Shown here: piece by piece, positions 28,257 through 38,936 of the stretch | How the letters are laid out: each line of letters opens with the position of its first letter | Position numbering within the stretch: the stretch's first letter is position 1 | DNA from: Candidatus Zixiibacteriota bacterium | GTDB taxonomy: Bacteria; Zixibacteria; MSB-5A5; GN15; JAAZOE01 | Reading direction: 5' to 3' | NCBI GenBank assembly: GCA_023138975.1 | Contig: JAGLON010000032.1 | Location: forward strand, 12,903 to 76,902 | Length of the DNA stretch: 64,000 nucleotides | Program-made: the position numbers and the translations under genes | The notes under the pieces: model-generated | Told to the model about the DNA's origin: nothing | The model's input: the letters and a program-made list of their open reading frames with translations, nothing else | The model's database searches: none

Positions 28257-28822
28257 TGTTGATGCTGATAGATAATTATGATTCGTTCACCTATAATTTA
28301 GCGCAATACATCGGAGAGCTTGGATATGAGTTTCAGGTTTTTCGAAATGATGAAATTACAGTTAAAGAAGCCACTGCGTTGAACCCATCACATTTAGTTA
28401 TATCTCCGGGACCGGGCCGACCGGAAAAGGCCGGTATCTCCTGCGACTTAATTGCTCACTTTGCGGATTCAATTCCGATTCTCGGTGTCTGCCTCGGGCA
28501 TCAGTGTATTGGGCATGTCTTTGGTGCGAGTGTCGTTAACGCGGAACGTCTGATGCATGGTAAGACTTCTTCAATTTATCATACCGGAAAAGGGTCCTTT
28601 CAAGGTATTCCCAGCCCGTTCAAGGTCACCCGTTATCATTCATTGATAGTCGAGGGTGATGTTTTTCCTAAAAATATTAGTGTCACCGCTCATACATCAC
28701 GCGGCGAAATTATGGGCATTCAAGTAAACGGACGCCCGATTGAGGGAGTGCAATTTCACCCCGAATCGATCCTCACCGAACATGGGAAACAGTATCTGTC
28801 AAACTTTCTGGGAGGTAGCTGA
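28256..28822 (+). CDS. trpG: Anthranilate synthase component II (glutamine amidotransferase)
   Basis: 188 aa. GVCLGHQ catalytic Cys and QFHPES. The start overlaps the trpE stop (TAATG). Confidence 0.95.
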   Translation: MLMLIDNYDSFTYNLAQYIGELGYEFQVFRNDEITVKEATALNPSHLVISPGPGRPEKAGISCDLIAHFADSIPILGVCLGHQCIGHVFGASVVNAERLMHGKTSSIYHTGKGSFQGIPSPFKVTRYHSLIVEGDVFPKNISVTAHTSRGEIMGIQVNGRPIEGVQFHPESILTEHGKQYLSNFLGGS

Positions 28823-28824
28823 AG

Positions 28825-29850
28825 GTGTTGAAAGCTGAAATAAAAAAGATTACCGAAATGAATAACCTAACTGCGGATGAGTGCAGCCGGGCGGTTGATG
28901 AAATTATGAGCGGCGCTGTTTCTTCGGTTCAGATTGCGGCGTTTCTAACTGCCCTGAGAACAAAAGGTGAAACAGCCGAGGAGATTTTGGGAGCGGCCCG
29001 AGCCATGCGGCGGAAAGTATCGAGGATTAGACATCCCTATGATACGGTCTTTGATAATTGCGGAACCGGCGGAGACGGCGCGTCAACTTTTAATATCTCA
29101 ACCACAGCCGCCTTTGTGATAGCGGGGTGCGGGGTCAAAGTCGCCAAACATGGAAATCGTTCTGTTTCTTCTAAATGCGGCAGCGCGGATGTCTTAACAG
29201 CATTGGGTGTAAATATAAATGTTACGCCAAAGCTAATGAGTGTCTGCCTTGAGCAAGTTGGACTCGGTTTTCTATTTGCTCCTGCATTGCATCCGGCGAT
29301 GAAAGCGGTTGCTCCGGTGCGAAGTGAGTTGGGTGTCAGAACAATATTCAACCTTCTCGGTCCGCTTACAAATCCCGCTTTCGCAACTCATCAGATTATC
29401 GGAGTGTTCGCCGAAGAGTATGTGGAAAAAGTAGCCTATGCGGCCGGTAAATTAGGTATTGAACGAGCTGCTGTTGTTTACAATCGGGAAGGTATCGATG
29501 AATTGATTCCGTTCGGTGATAATATTGTTTGTTTAGTTTCCAGTGATAAGATAGCCACTTCAAAATTTGAGGCATCCGATTGTGGATTATCTTCATGTGA
29601 ACTAAAAGAGCTTGCCGGAGGAACTGCCGAAGAAAACGCGATGATTACGCGAAAGGTACTTGAGGGAGAGCCAGGGGCACGAAGAGATACAACGCTGCTT
29701 AACGCCGGCTACGGATTGTATGTAGCTGAATGCGCTTATAGCGTTCGCGAAGGAATCTCAATTGCCGCCGATGCGCTCGACTCCGGAAAAGCGCTCAATA
29801 TTCTTGACCATCTGATCAAGATGACCGGGGGGAATCAATATGCTGCGTGA
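28825..29850 (+). CDS. trpD: Anthranilate phosphoribosyltransferase
   Basis: 341 aa with a GTG start. CGTGGDG, KHGNRS, NLLGPLTNP. Confidence 0.95.
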   Translation: MLKAEIKKITEMNNLTADECSRAVDEIMSGAVSSVQIAAFLTALRTKGETAEEILGAARAMRRKVSRIRHPYDTVFDNCGTGGDGASTFNISTTAAFVIAGCGVKVAKHGNRSVSSKCGSADVLTALGVNINVTPKLMSVCLEQVGLGFLFAPALHPAMKAVAPVRSELGVRTIFNLLGPLTNPAFATHQIIGVFAEEYVEKVAYAAGKLGIERAAVVYNREGIDELIPFGDNIVCLVSSDKIATSKFEASDCGLSSCELKELAGGTAEENAMITRKVLEGEPGARRDTTLLNAGYGLYVAECAYSVREGISIAADALDSGKALNILDHLIKMTGGNQYAA

Positions 29851-30616
29851 GATTATTCGTTACAAACGCTCATTATATAAAAACAGCGATTTTGAGAAAG
29901 AAATGGATTCGTTTTTATCGAAATCGTGCGCAGAGAAGAGAAGTTGCCGGTTAAAAACGGCCCTGTCATCATCTGATTCAATTTCTCTTATCGCCGAGAT
30001 CAAAAGACATTCACCTTCCAAAGGTACTCTTGCCAAAGACATAAGTGCCCCGGACTACGGCAGATGCTATGAACAGGCAGGAGCCTCGGCAGTATCTATC
30101 TTGACCGACGAGGTATATTTTCATGGCTCACCGGATGATATCATTGAGACCTGGAAGAAAATCAACCTTCCAATTTTACGAAAAGAGTTCATTGTCTGTG
30201 AGCAACAAATTCTCGAAAGTAAAACAATTGGCGCCGATGCTATTCTTCTAATCGCTGCCGTGTTAGCACCCGACGAACTGATTAAATATCATACTCTTGC
30301 AGAAAGTATCGGCCTTGAAGTTCTTACAGAAGTTCACAATGAAGATGACTTGTCAATCGCGCTCGGCTCCGGCGCGAATATCATCGGTGTCAATAACAGA
30401 AACCTCGAAGATTTCTCAGTGTCGCTAAAAACATCTGAACGGATTATTCCTCTAATCCCCGAAGGAATAATAAGAGTTAGTGAAAGCGGTATCCGTAATC
30501 GAGAGGACATGCTATTACTGGAATCTATGGAATTTGATGCGGCCTTAGTCGGTGAGAGCATTGTTACCTCACCTTCTCCTGAATCTCACATTAGAACGCT
30601 GCTAGGACTAAAATGA
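29840..30616 (+). CDS. trpC: Indole-3-glycerol-phosphate synthase
   Basis: 258 aa. EIKRHSPSKG, SILTDEVYFHGS, LRKEFI. Confidence 0.9.
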   Translation: MLREIIRYKRSLYKNSDFEKEMDSFLSKSCAEKRSCRLKTALSSSDSISLIAEIKRHSPSKGTLAKDISAPDYGRCYEQAGASAVSILTDEVYFHGSPDDIIETWKKINLPILRKEFIVCEQQILESKTIGADAILLIAAVLAPDELIKYHTLAESIGLEVLTEVHNEDDLSIALGSGANIIGVNNRNLEDFSVSLKTSERIIPLIPEGIIRVSESGIRNREDMLLLESMEFDAALVGESIVTSPSPESHIRTLLGLK

Positions 30617-31287
30617 AGACACGAATAAAAATATGTGGCATTACTAATATTGAGGATGCTGTAACAGCGGTAGAAGCAGGCGCCGACGCTCTCGGTTTTG
30701 TCTTTGCTAATAGTCCACGAAGAATATCACCGTCTCAGGTGCGAGAAATAATAAGCGCATTGCCTCCCTTCCTTGTTACGGTTGGCGTCTTTGTTGACTC
30801 GCCAAAAGAGGAAATAGAAAGAGTCTGCGCTGTCTCGGGCATTAACGTAGTGCAGTTGCACGGACATGAATCTCAAGAATTTATAGACTCATTATCAAAG
30901 CCGGTGACAAAGGTGTTTCGAGTAAAAGATAATAGCAATGTAAAATCGCTCCTCGCTGACTATCGACTCCGGCACTTTCTCCTCGATACTTATGATGAGA
31001 ACAACTTGGGTGGAACCGGGAAATCGTTCAACTGGACAATCGCACAAATAGCATCAGCTTTTGGCCGGGTAATTCTCTCCGGCGGACTTAACCCTGAAAA
31101 TATCAGGCAGGCGCTTACAGTAGCGAAGCCATATGCGGTCGATGTGTCAAGCGGGGTTGAGCTTTCACCGGGAGTAAAAGACAAATTGAAAATTCAACAG
31201 TTTATAAATGAGGTAAGACAATGGGACAGCCAAATCACTCAGGATACTTTGGTCAATACGGCGGACGATATGTCCCCGAGACAATAG
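30613..31287 (+). CDS. trpF: Phosphoribosylanthranilate isomerase
   Basis: 224 aa. KICGIT and [13 protein letters not shown] overlap with trpC. The C-terminal tail overlaps trpB by 67 nt. Confidence 0.9.
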   Translation: MKTRIKICGITNIEDAVTAVEAGADALGFVFANSPRRISPSQVREIISALPPFLVTVGVFVDSPKEEIERVCAVSGINVVQLHGHESQEFIDSLSKPVTKVFRVKDNSNVKSLLADYRLRHFLLDTYDENNLGGTGKSFNWTIAQIASAFGRVILSGGLNPENIRQALTVAKPYAVDVSSGVELSPGVKDKLKIQQFINEVRQWDSQITQDTLVNTADDMSPRQ

Positions 31288-32540
31288 TCGCCGCCCTTGA
31301 CGAGCTGGAGAGGGAATATCGTCGGTCAGTTAATGATGACGAATTCAAACAGGAGTTCACTTCATTGCTGCAAAACTATTCGGGGCGTCCGACTCCGCTA
31401 TATTACGCCAAACGCCTATCTGATAAATGGGACGGTGCGAAAATTTATCTCAAGCGGGAGGATTTGAATCATACCGGTGCGCATAAGATTAACAATTGCC
31501 TCGGTCAGGCATTGCTCGCTTCGAGAATGAATAAAAAAAGGATAATAGCTGAAACCGGTGCGGGACAGCACGGTGTGGCAGTTGCGACCGTTTGTTGTCT
31601 TTTTGGTATGAATTGCACGGTTTATATGGGATCTGAAGATATGGTAAGGCAAGCTCCCAATGTTGACCGGATGAAATTGCTGAAGGCAGAAGTAATCCCT
31701 GTCACATCCGGCACCGGAACTTTGAAAGACGCAACTAACGAAGCTATCCGCGATTGGGTAACCAATATTGAAAACACTCACTATATTATTGGCTCGACGG
31801 TTGGGCCGCATCCGTACCCGCTTATGGTTCGTGATTTCCAATCTGTCATCGGCCGGGAAGCAAGATCTCAGATGCTTGAATTCGAAGACTGCCTCCCTGA
31901 TGCTGTTGTCGCCTGTGTCGGGGGTGGAAGCAATTCGTTAGGTATGTTTCATGATTTCGTGAATGATATTGGTGTTTGTCTCTATGGTGTAGAATCGGCC
32001 GGAGAAGGCTTGGCTACGGAAAATCATGCGGCGACTCTAAATAAAGGCAAACCCGGAATTCTTCATGGAAGTTTAAGTTATTTACTGCAGACCGCCGACG
32101 GACAGATTCTGCCTACCCATTCCATAGCCGCTGGTCTTGATTATCCCGGCGTCGGTCCGGAACACAGCGCTTTTAAAGATTCCGGAAGAGTTAAGTATGA
32201 ATCCATTAGTGACAGCGAAGCCTTGAAGGCTTTTATTGAGTTATCGGAGACCGAAGGAATTATTCCGGCTCTGGAATCATCTTTCGCGCTTGCCTTTGCC
32301 AAAAAACTGGCAGGAAGCATGAATCCGAGTGAGAATATCCTTATATGTCTATCTGGGCGCGGTGATAAAGATCTTGCCAATGAAAACGTTGCCCGACTCA
32401 TCAATCAGCGAACTCAAACCAGGGAGCGGACCACAGATGTCCATAATATCAAAAACATTTGCCGGCTTCACACAAACCGGCCGGAAAGCCTTGATGCCCT
32501 TTCTGACCTCGGGTTATCCGGATCAGGAAACTTTTGTTAA
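31221..32540 (+). CDS. trpB: Tryptophan synthase beta chain (with a C-terminal extension of roughly 45 aa overlapping trpA)
   Basis: 439 aa. [16 protein letters not shown]-Lys block [21 protein letters not shown]. Confidence 0.95.
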   Translation: MGQPNHSGYFGQYGGRYVPETIVAALDELEREYRRSVNDDEFKQEFTSLLQNYSGRPTPLYYAKRLSDKWDGAKIYLKREDLNHTGAHKINNCLGQALLASRMNKKRIIAETGAGQHGVAVATVCCLFGMNCTVYMGSEDMVRQAPNVDRMKLLKAEVIPVTSGTGTLKDATNEAIRDWVTNIENTHYIIGSTVGPHPYPLMVRDFQSVIGREARSQMLEFEDCLPDAVVACVGGGSNSLGMFHDFVNDIGVCLYGVESAGEGLATENHAATLNKGKPGILHGSLSYLLQTADGQILPTHSIAAGLDYPGVGPEHSAFKDSGRVKYESISDSEALKAFIELSETEGIIPALESSFALAFAKKLAGSMNPSENILICLSGRGDKDLANENVARLINQRTQTRERTTDVHNIKNICRLHTNRPESLDALSDLGLSGSGNFC

Positions 32541-33255
32541 GCTTCTTTATGAAGTCGAAGCCAACGGAGCTGATTTGGTGGAAATAGGTATTCCTTTTTC
32601 AGACCCGATGGCCGATGGGAAAACTATTCAAGCGGCTTCCCGTGAGGCTCTTAATAATGGTATGACGGTGCGGAAAACGCTTGAGATGATAAAGAGCATG
32701 CCGCGTAAACTGACGATACCGATAATTCTTATGAGTTATTTAAACCCGATTTTTAATTATGGTTTGCGGGATTTTTGCAGACATGCTTCAGATGTCGGAG
32801 TTTCGGGATTGATAGTACCGGATGTAATCCCGGACGAGGGAAGAGAACTTGAACGTGTTGCGGAAGTATTTGGAATCGACGTTGTCTATTTGTTGGCGCC
32901 AACCTCCAGCACTGAGCGGATACATATGATTTTGAATCAATCCCGCGGTTTTGTCTATCTGGTTTCTCTTGCCGGAGTGACCGGTGCCAGGGATTCTCTT
33001 CCCTTGGCTTTGAACCAATGGATACAGGCGATAAAAGAGCAAAGCCAACTCCCGGTTTGTGTCGGCTTTGGTATTTCGAATGTGTCCCAGGCTAAAGAAA
33101 TAGGTAGATCCGCTGACGGCATTATAATCGGAAGCGCGATTATTGATATCATTAAAAAACAAAACTCAACATCACAGATATTAAGTGCTGTCGGAGAGTT
33201 TATTACGGCTATGAGAAAGGGACTGAGCCATGATTCTTGTTACTATGAATGCTGA
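32437..33255 (+). CDS. trpA: Tryptophan synthase alpha chain
   Basis: ORF 32329-33255 trimmed to ATG 32437 (AGGGAG upstream). [47 protein letters not shown]. Confidence 0.9.
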   Translation: MSIISKTFAGFTQTGRKALMPFLTSGYPDQETFVKLLYEVEANGADLVEIGIPFSDPMADGKTIQAASREALNNGMTVRKTLEMIKSMPRKLTIPIILMSYLNPIFNYGLRDFCRHASDVGVSGLIVPDVIPDEGRELERVAEVFGIDVVYLLAPTSSTERIHMILNQSRGFVYLVSLAGVTGARDSLPLALNQWIQAIKEQSQLPVCVGFGISNVSQAKEIGRSADGIIIGSAIIDIIKKQNSTSQILSAVGEFITAMRKGLSHDSCYYEC

Positions 33256-34246
33256 AGCCACCGTTAAGCAAACCGGTACGGTCATTCAAAAAATTGAGGA
33301 GCTTGGGTATCGGCCGCATTTATCTTCGGAAGGTACTAAAACGGTCGTTGCTATGATAGGAGCCGGTCAAATGGTGCCTCCCGATATCTTTCTTGATATC
33401 TCCGGTGTTGAGGCATCCGTCTATTTAACTCAACCCTTTAAACTTGTCAGCCGGGCTTTTAAGAAAGATTCTACGGAAATTTCCGTAAACGGTTTAAAAA
33501 TCGGCGGAGACACAATTGTGGTAATGGCCGGACCCTGTGCGGTTGAAAGCCGTGAGCAAATTGAGTCAACCGCGAAATATGTAGCTGCCGCCGGAGCGAA
33601 AATACTGCGGGGAGGAGCGTTCAAACCCCGTACCTCACCTTATAGTTTTCAAGGCCTCGGGGAAGAAGGATTGCGCTACATGAGAGATGCCGCAGACAAG
33701 TATGAACTCAAAGTTGTAACCGAAGTTATGACACCGGATAAAGTTGCCTTGGTTGCAAAATACTCTGATATCCTGCAAATTGGGACCAGGAACATGCAAA
33801 ACTATTCGTTGTTGGAAGCGGTCGGCAAGATTACTAAGCCGGTTTTACTCAAACGCGGAATGATGTCAACGATAGAAGAACTTCTGATGTCAGCCGAATA
33901 TATTATGGCCGGCGGCAATCCGAATGTTATTCTATGCGAACGCGGTATCAGGAGTTTTGAGAAGTATACCCGCAACACGCTTGATATTTCAGCCGTTCCG
34001 ATTATCAAGCAACTCAGCCACTTACCAATTATCGTTGATCCCAGTCATGCTACCGGGAAACGAGAATTGGTCGGCCCGGTTTCCAAAAGTGCTGTGGCAG
34101 TTGGTGCTGATGGCTTGATGATAGAAACACATCCGAATCCGGAAGAAGCATTATCCGATGGGCCGCAGAGTTTATATCCCGACGAGTTTAGTTCTTTAAT
34201 GAATAGCCTGAAAAGGATTGCGGAGGTGGAAAATAGAAATATTTAA
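33230..34246 (+). CDS. 3-deoxy-7-phosphoheptulonate (DAHP) synthase, type I-beta with an N-terminal ferredoxin/ACT-like regulatory domain
   Basis: 338 aa. [42 protein letters not shown] roughly 70-aa N-terminal extension as in the Thermotoga-type enzymes. Overlaps trpA by 26 nt. Confidence 0.9.
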   Translation: MILVTMNAEATVKQTGTVIQKIEELGYRPHLSSEGTKTVVAMIGAGQMVPPDIFLDISGVEASVYLTQPFKLVSRAFKKDSTEISVNGLKIGGDTIVVMAGPCAVESREQIESTAKYVAAAGAKILRGGAFKPRTSPYSFQGLGEEGLRYMRDAADKYELKVVTEVMTPDKVALVAKYSDILQIGTRNMQNYSLLEAVGKITKPVLLKRGMMSTIEELLMSAEYIMAGGNPNVILCERGIRSFEKYTRNTLDISAVPIIKQLSHLPIIVDPSHATGKRELVGPVSKSAVAVGADGLMIETHPNPEEALSDGPQSLYPDEFSSLMNSLKRIAEVENRNI

Positions 34247-34262
34247 GCTTAGGAAGAGAAGA

Positions 34263-34634
34263 TTACTGAGCGAACTTATCGAGTTTATCCCAGTACTCCT
34301 GTGAGAGTTGATAGACGACAAATCCCTCGGGAAGACCTTCAAGGCTCTGAGCTTCCTGAGGAGCTTCGACCAGGATACCTTTTTTTTCTGCGAAATCAAA
34401 AACTTGTGAAATATCGGAGCGTGAAGATAGTCTGACAGCGGGCGAACAGTCTTTACCAAAAGTCCACTTTCCGTCTATTTTACCCAATGCGCCAACATTT
34501 ACTTTACAAATTGTATGCAAATATTGCTGTACGGTGAACTGATCATGCGGATAAAAATCTATTGGCGGCTTAGGCATTGGGATTTCTGCGCCTAATGCGA
34601 TTTCGTATCGGAAATGTTTATAGGTCTCAGTCAT
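34263..34634 (-). CDS. Hypothetical protein
   Basis: ORF 34263-34652 (TTG) trimmed to the ATG at 34634. No family recognised. Confidence 0.4.
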   Translation of the reverse strand: MTETYKHFRYEIALGAEIPMPKPPIDFYPHDQFTVQQYLHTICKVNVGALGKIDGKWTFGKDCSPAVRLSSRSDISQVFDFAEKKGILVEAPQEAQSLEGLPEGFVVYQLSQEYWDKLDKFAQ

Positions 34635-34858
34635 ACTATTTAAAGTCGGCAAAAAATCCTATTTACTTACTCATTTATAATGGTCGTTGCCTTCTAAGTT
34701 CAACTCGCACATAATTTAACATATCCTTTATTGTCAACGCAAGATAAATATGTCCATTTTTTGGAAATAACTTTGTTAGGGTTTTCTTTTATTTAAGTAA
34801 TCAGGCGGTGAATTACTCACTCCTTTGCGCCATTTCAAAAGAGATCACTATTTAAAGC

Positions 34859-34887
34859 TTGACAAAAATATATAATTATTATATTAC
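34859..34887 (+). promoter_or_regulatory. Sigma70-type promoter upstream of the ECF sigma gene
   Basis: TTGACA (34859-34864) followed 15-17 nt later by overlapping TATATT / TATTAC. Confidence 0.4.
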
Positions 34888-34956
34888 CAGTACCCACAAA
34901 TCGCTAATGAATACAGAGTCAGAAAATAGAATGATTAACGTCCGGAATACTGTGTT

Positions 34957-35526
34957 ATGAGCGATTTGCATCAGGGAAATATTACTAACCTAATTGATAA
35001 ATGCAAGATGGGTGACGAGCAGGCTTGGTTTCAGCTTGTTGACCTTATTGCGCCGGTTATATTTTCCATTTGCAAACAGAATAGACTGTCGCGGGATGAG
35101 GGGTTTGATATTTACGGGCAGGTTTGCTACGAACTGGTCAACAATATCAATAAGCTCAAATCTCCTTCAAAAATACTCTATTTTGTCGCCACTATGACTC
35201 GCCGTAAGATATACAGCCTCTATAGAAAAATGCGCGTGAAGGATTATATCGATATTGATATATCTGAGCTGATTCCCGATGAAAAAAGTCCGAATCCTGA
35301 AAAGAACCTGGAAAGTCTACGCCGGAGGGAATGGCTGTTTGAGGCAATGATGAAACTTCCGGAAAAAGAATATCAGTTGTTACACCTTCTATTCTTTGAT
35401 AAAAACGAACCTTCTTACAAAGATATCGCAAAAAAGATGAAGATTCCAGTCTCATCTATTGGTCCAACGAGGGGAAAGGCATTAAATAGCCTAAAAAGAA
35501 TTATAAAATGGAAAAAGATAAAATAA
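34957..35526 (+). CDS. ECF-type (group 4) sigma-70 family RNA polymerase sigma factor
   Basis: 189 aa with only regions 2 and 4: AWFQLVDLIAPVIFSIC...YFVATMTRRKIYSLYRK, and LPEKEYQLLHLLFFDKNEPSYKDIAKKMKIPVSSIGPTRGKALNSLKR. Confidence 0.85.
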   Translation: MSDLHQGNITNLIDKCKMGDEQAWFQLVDLIAPVIFSICKQNRLSRDEGFDIYGQVCYELVNNINKLKSPSKILYFVATMTRRKIYSLYRKMRVKDYIDIDISELIPDEKSPNPEKNLESLRRREWLFEAMMKLPEKEYQLLHLLFFDKNEPSYKDIAKKMKIPVSSIGPTRGKALNSLKRIIKWKKIK

Positions 35527-35572
35527 TGGTATTATTTTATCTTTTTTGTGAGACTTAATCGTAGGTGAAATA

Positions 35573-36163
35573 ATGAGTAAGTCAGAAGAAGACATGAAGA
35601 AAATAGCCGTTTTTTTACATAGCCGGTACAATAATGTCGAATATGAGGAGATCTTGCAGATGATTTCCGGCGACGATGATTTGCGCCGAGTAATCAGGCA
35701 ATTGTCTGCCATTTATGATGAGAATTCCTCAATTGATTGGGAAAAGATAAAATCTCCCGCTCATGAGGTATTTAGAAACCTTCTTAAAGATATTAAAAGT
35801 GCCAAGTCTTCCAGGGATAACAACGTTGCCGTTAGAGTATTTGATTCGAGCTTGTTGCCGCTTCCTGAAGGAGTTAGACCGGCCGGAGTGGACACCCGGC
35901 GAATTAAGTATATTGTAAATGATCAGTTCGTTGAGTTATCTCTATATCCTGTATCTCCCGGTTCATATGAAGTAATCGGCCAAATCACAGGTACTTTTGC
36001 CAATGAGGGCTTTTCAGCCTATATGGAACACACTAATAAGAACTTTTCAGTAATTGTAAATGATTGCGGTGTATTTCGATTTCCCCGCGTTCCTGTAGGT
36101 AAATATTCTCTGACTATAACAAACGAAACCCAAACTATAGCTCGGGTAGAACTTGATCTATGA
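35573..36163 (+). CDS. Cytoplasmic protein of unknown function (candidate soluble anti-sigma/partner); C-terminal CarboxypepD_reg-like beta segment
   Basis: 196 aa with no TM segment, signal peptide or zinc anti-sigma motif. C-terminus reads GVFRFPRVPVGKYSLTITNE. Its stop overlaps the next start (ATGA). Confidence 0.5.
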   Translation: MSKSEEDMKKIAVFLHSRYNNVEYEEILQMISGDDDLRRVIRQLSAIYDENSSIDWEKIKSPAHEVFRNLLKDIKSAKSSRDNNVAVRVFDSSLLPLPEGVRPAGVDTRRIKYIVNDQFVELSLYPVSPGSYEVIGQITGTFANEGFSAYMEHTNKNFSVIVNDCGVFRFPRVPVGKYSLTITNETQTIARVELDL

Positions 36164-38916
36164 TAACTTTCGCTGAAATATCCCGCTTAGGTTCTCGTGA
36201 TTATCTTCAGGAGATACTCACTAGTCGTTATCAGAGTAATACTGAGGCGCTGGTTTCTGAGATTAACAGATCGGTAAATCATCTGTTGCATGCCGATCTC
36301 AAAGAGGCGGAAAAGTATATTGCAAAGTTAAAACCGTTTTTCAAGCATTTACCTTTAAAATTTCGTCCCCGGGGTTTGGCGATGGAAGCCAGGTTTGAGC
36401 ATTGGTCGGGACGAAGTATCTCAGCTTTGAATAAATATCAGAAAGCGGTGAACGACTTAACCAAATATCATGATTTTGAATCTGCGGCGAGAACCCGTCA
36501 GGGTTTGATGGATGTACTTATGTACATCGGCAGGCACGATGATGCGATAAAAACAGGGAAAAAAGCATTACGGTATTTTCGAAGGTCAGGAAATATGGCA
36601 TTATCCGCGAAAATTATGACCAATATCGGCAATGTCTATCATCGTTTGGATAAGAACCATCTGGCGCTGGGATACTATAATAAGGCCCGGGAGCAGTTCG
36701 TGGAGACGGGCGGTTTTCCGCTGGCTTTAGTAGATTACAATCGGGCTAATATCTATTCCAACTATAATGATATCAGGAAAGCAGAAGAGCTCTATAAATC
36801 AGCTTCAAAAATATATCAAGATATCGGTATGGTTCTCGGTGTCGGGAAAGCCGAATACTCATTGGCTTATTTATATTTTTTAGATAATCGCTATAGTACT
36901 TCTTTACGTGCTTTCGAAAAAGTTTATGAAGCATTTATAGATTTAGGTGATATCAAATCAGCTTCGGTCTGCCGTTTGGATATTGCGGAAATTCATATTC
37001 ACTTGAACCAGTACAGTGCTTCGCTTTACTATTGCGAGGAAGCGCTGAAAATGTTGAAAAAATGCGGATTGAGATATGAGCAGGGGAAAGCTCATTATTT
37101 TATGGCCGAATCCTACCGAAAGCTGGGCGATTTGCATAAAGCGGAACAATCTTTGAAAATCGCTGACAGTCTGTTTAAGAAAGAAAAGAATCATCTTTGG
37201 AAGGGAATGATTCAATTGTGCAGGAGTCGAATAAAAACCTCCGATGGAAAAACTAAAGCGGCCTTGATCTCTGCAGACAACGCCAAGAAGCTCTTTACCC
37301 TGAGTGGTGATGAACGTAGGAAAATAGATGCTCAAATTACCATTATAAGAATTTACTTGAATGACTCCAATGCCAAGTCGGCCTTCCAAAGAGCGCATGG
37401 TTTACTTCATCGAGATATGATTTCAAGCCAAAAAAGAGATTTGTATGAAATACTTGGCGATTATCACCTCAAGTACAACCGTCCCGATACAGCGCTCGAC
37501 TATTATAAGCGCGGTATTGATATCACGGAGAAAATGATTGTTAATCTCTATCCCGATGAAATCAGGTTTTTCTTTGCGGCCGATAAGTATCCATTGTATC
37601 TGAATGCGGTTACCTGTCTCTTGCGTTTGGGAAGAGTAGATGAGTCGTTTATTCAGCATTCTCAGGCATTGTCAGTAATGAACAGCCGTCAACTTGCGGA
37701 TAAAGTAATTGAAAAGGAAATTCCCCGGGAGTACCTTGACAATCGGTCGAAACTTCGGGTATCACTTAAAAAGTATAACCAGATGGTTACCGGAACGCGA
37801 CACTTGATCTCTTCCACAAAAGATATTCAGGCTACAGAGCGAAAGCTCTGGTCACAAGAAAGAAAAATCAGAGTTCAGCTGTATGGCCAGGAAAATCAAC
37901 ACAACGAGAGTCTCTGTATTGATGCTGGATTAAACAGGAAGTTAAAGGCCGGTGAGACGCTCATTAGTTTTGTTGCCCACCAAGATTCTATTGGAGCTTT
38001 TGTCGTCAAGAAGAGTAAAATCGACTATATACAGCTCCCGGTATCCGCTGAGAAGCTTCATGCCGCTGTTCGTGAGTTACATTTTCTTATGGAAAAGGAT
38101 GTTTACGCGCCGTCCATAACCGATGGCTCAGAAGCGATTAACAAATATCTCAAAGGCATCTCAGGATGGCTCATAAATCCGATTAGGGAGCTTCTTTCGG
38201 AAAAAATAATTTTTCTGGCCGACGGTCTATTTGCTCAAATACCATTTGCGGCGCTTCCTTTGATTGATGGTAAGCTGCTATCACAGAAATATGATTTTCG
38301 TATAATTGTTAACCCTAAGGATTTATTGCAAAGAAAAACATCATCACAAGGGAAAGTCACCGGACGAAGCGCTGTTTTTGCTCCGGAAAACAAAAACTTG
38401 GCGATGATTGAACTGGAAAACCAAATGATCTCGGAGTTGTTCACCGGAGTTAATTCTTATACCGGTAAAACTGCGGTATCTGAAAATCTGAAACTTGAAC
38501 TTGAAAAATCTAAAGGATTTGTGCATATTGCATCACATGCATCGCGCTCATCTGAAAACCCTTTGTTTTCTAAGATAATGCTCGATGACGGACCGTTTTT
38601 TCCGTTTGATTTGTTCGGTGGAGGAATTAATGCCCGTTTGGTATGTTTGTCGGGTTGCCAGACAGCCGCACCGGGGATATACTTTGGTAATTCATTTAGC
38701 CTCGCCAAAGCATTTTATCAGGCCGGCGCTCAATTTGTTTTGGCGTCTCTCTGGCCGGTTTCAGATAAAGTTAGCCTGGTCTTTATGACGGAGTTTTATA
38801 AAGCGCTCAAGAGAAACAAAAACATTTACTTCGCTTATTCAAAAGCGGTTTCGGAAGTTAGGGCAGTCAATCCGAATCCCGCGTTTTGGAGCCCTTTTAT
38901 ACTAATTGGTTTATAA
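36160..38916 (+). CDS. TPR-repeat + CHAT (caspase-like) protease domain protein
   Basis: 918 aa with no signal peptide. A long TPR-like array (repeated A..Y/L..A..IY.. helices) is followed by a CHAT core with the His/Cys dyad VHIASHA ... LVCLSGCQTA. Confidence 0.85.
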   Translation: MITFAEISRLGSRDYLQEILTSRYQSNTEALVSEINRSVNHLLHADLKEAEKYIAKLKPFFKHLPLKFRPRGLAMEARFEHWSGRSISALNKYQKAVNDLTKYHDFESAARTRQGLMDVLMYIGRHDDAIKTGKKALRYFRRSGNMALSAKIMTNIGNVYHRLDKNHLALGYYNKAREQFVETGGFPLALVDYNRANIYSNYNDIRKAEELYKSASKIYQDIGMVLGVGKAEYSLAYLYFLDNRYSTSLRAFEKVYEAFIDLGDIKSASVCRLDIAEIHIHLNQYSASLYYCEEALKMLKKCGLRYEQGKAHYFMAESYRKLGDLHKAEQSLKIADSLFKKEKNHLWKGMIQLCRSRIKTSDGKTKAALISADNAKKLFTLSGDERRKIDAQITIIRIYLNDSNAKSAFQRAHGLLHRDMISSQKRDLYEILGDYHLKYNRPDTALDYYKRGIDITEKMIVNLYPDEIRFFFAADKYPLYLNAVTCLLRLGRVDESFIQHSQALSVMNSRQLADKVIEKEIPREYLDNRSKLRVSLKKYNQMVTGTRHLISSTKDIQATERKLWSQERKIRVQLYGQENQHNESLCIDAGLNRKLKAGETLISFVAHQDSIGAFVVKKSKIDYIQLPVSAEKLHAAVRELHFLMEKDVYAPSITDGSEAINKYLKGISGWLINPIRELLSEKIIFLADGLFAQIPFAALPLIDGKLLSQKYDFRIIVNPKDLLQRKTSSQGKVTGRSAVFAPENKNLAMIELENQMISELFTGVNSYTGKTAVSENLKLELEKSKGFVHIASHASRSSENPLFSKIMLDDGPFFPFDLFGGGINARLVCLSGCQTAAPGIYFGNSFSLAKAFYQAGAQFVLASLWPVSDKVSLVFMTEFYKALKRNKNIYFAYSKAVSEVRAVNPNPAFWSPFILIGL

Positions 38917-38936
38917 TACCGATTGAGGAAATAGCC

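Noticed and set aside
32300-32540. The trpB C-terminal extension as evidence of a frameshifted pseudogene
   Set aside because: All TrpB catalytic blocks up to SGRGDKD are intact and in frame. Only the tail is extended, and trpA has its own RBS and start, so both genes are probably functional.
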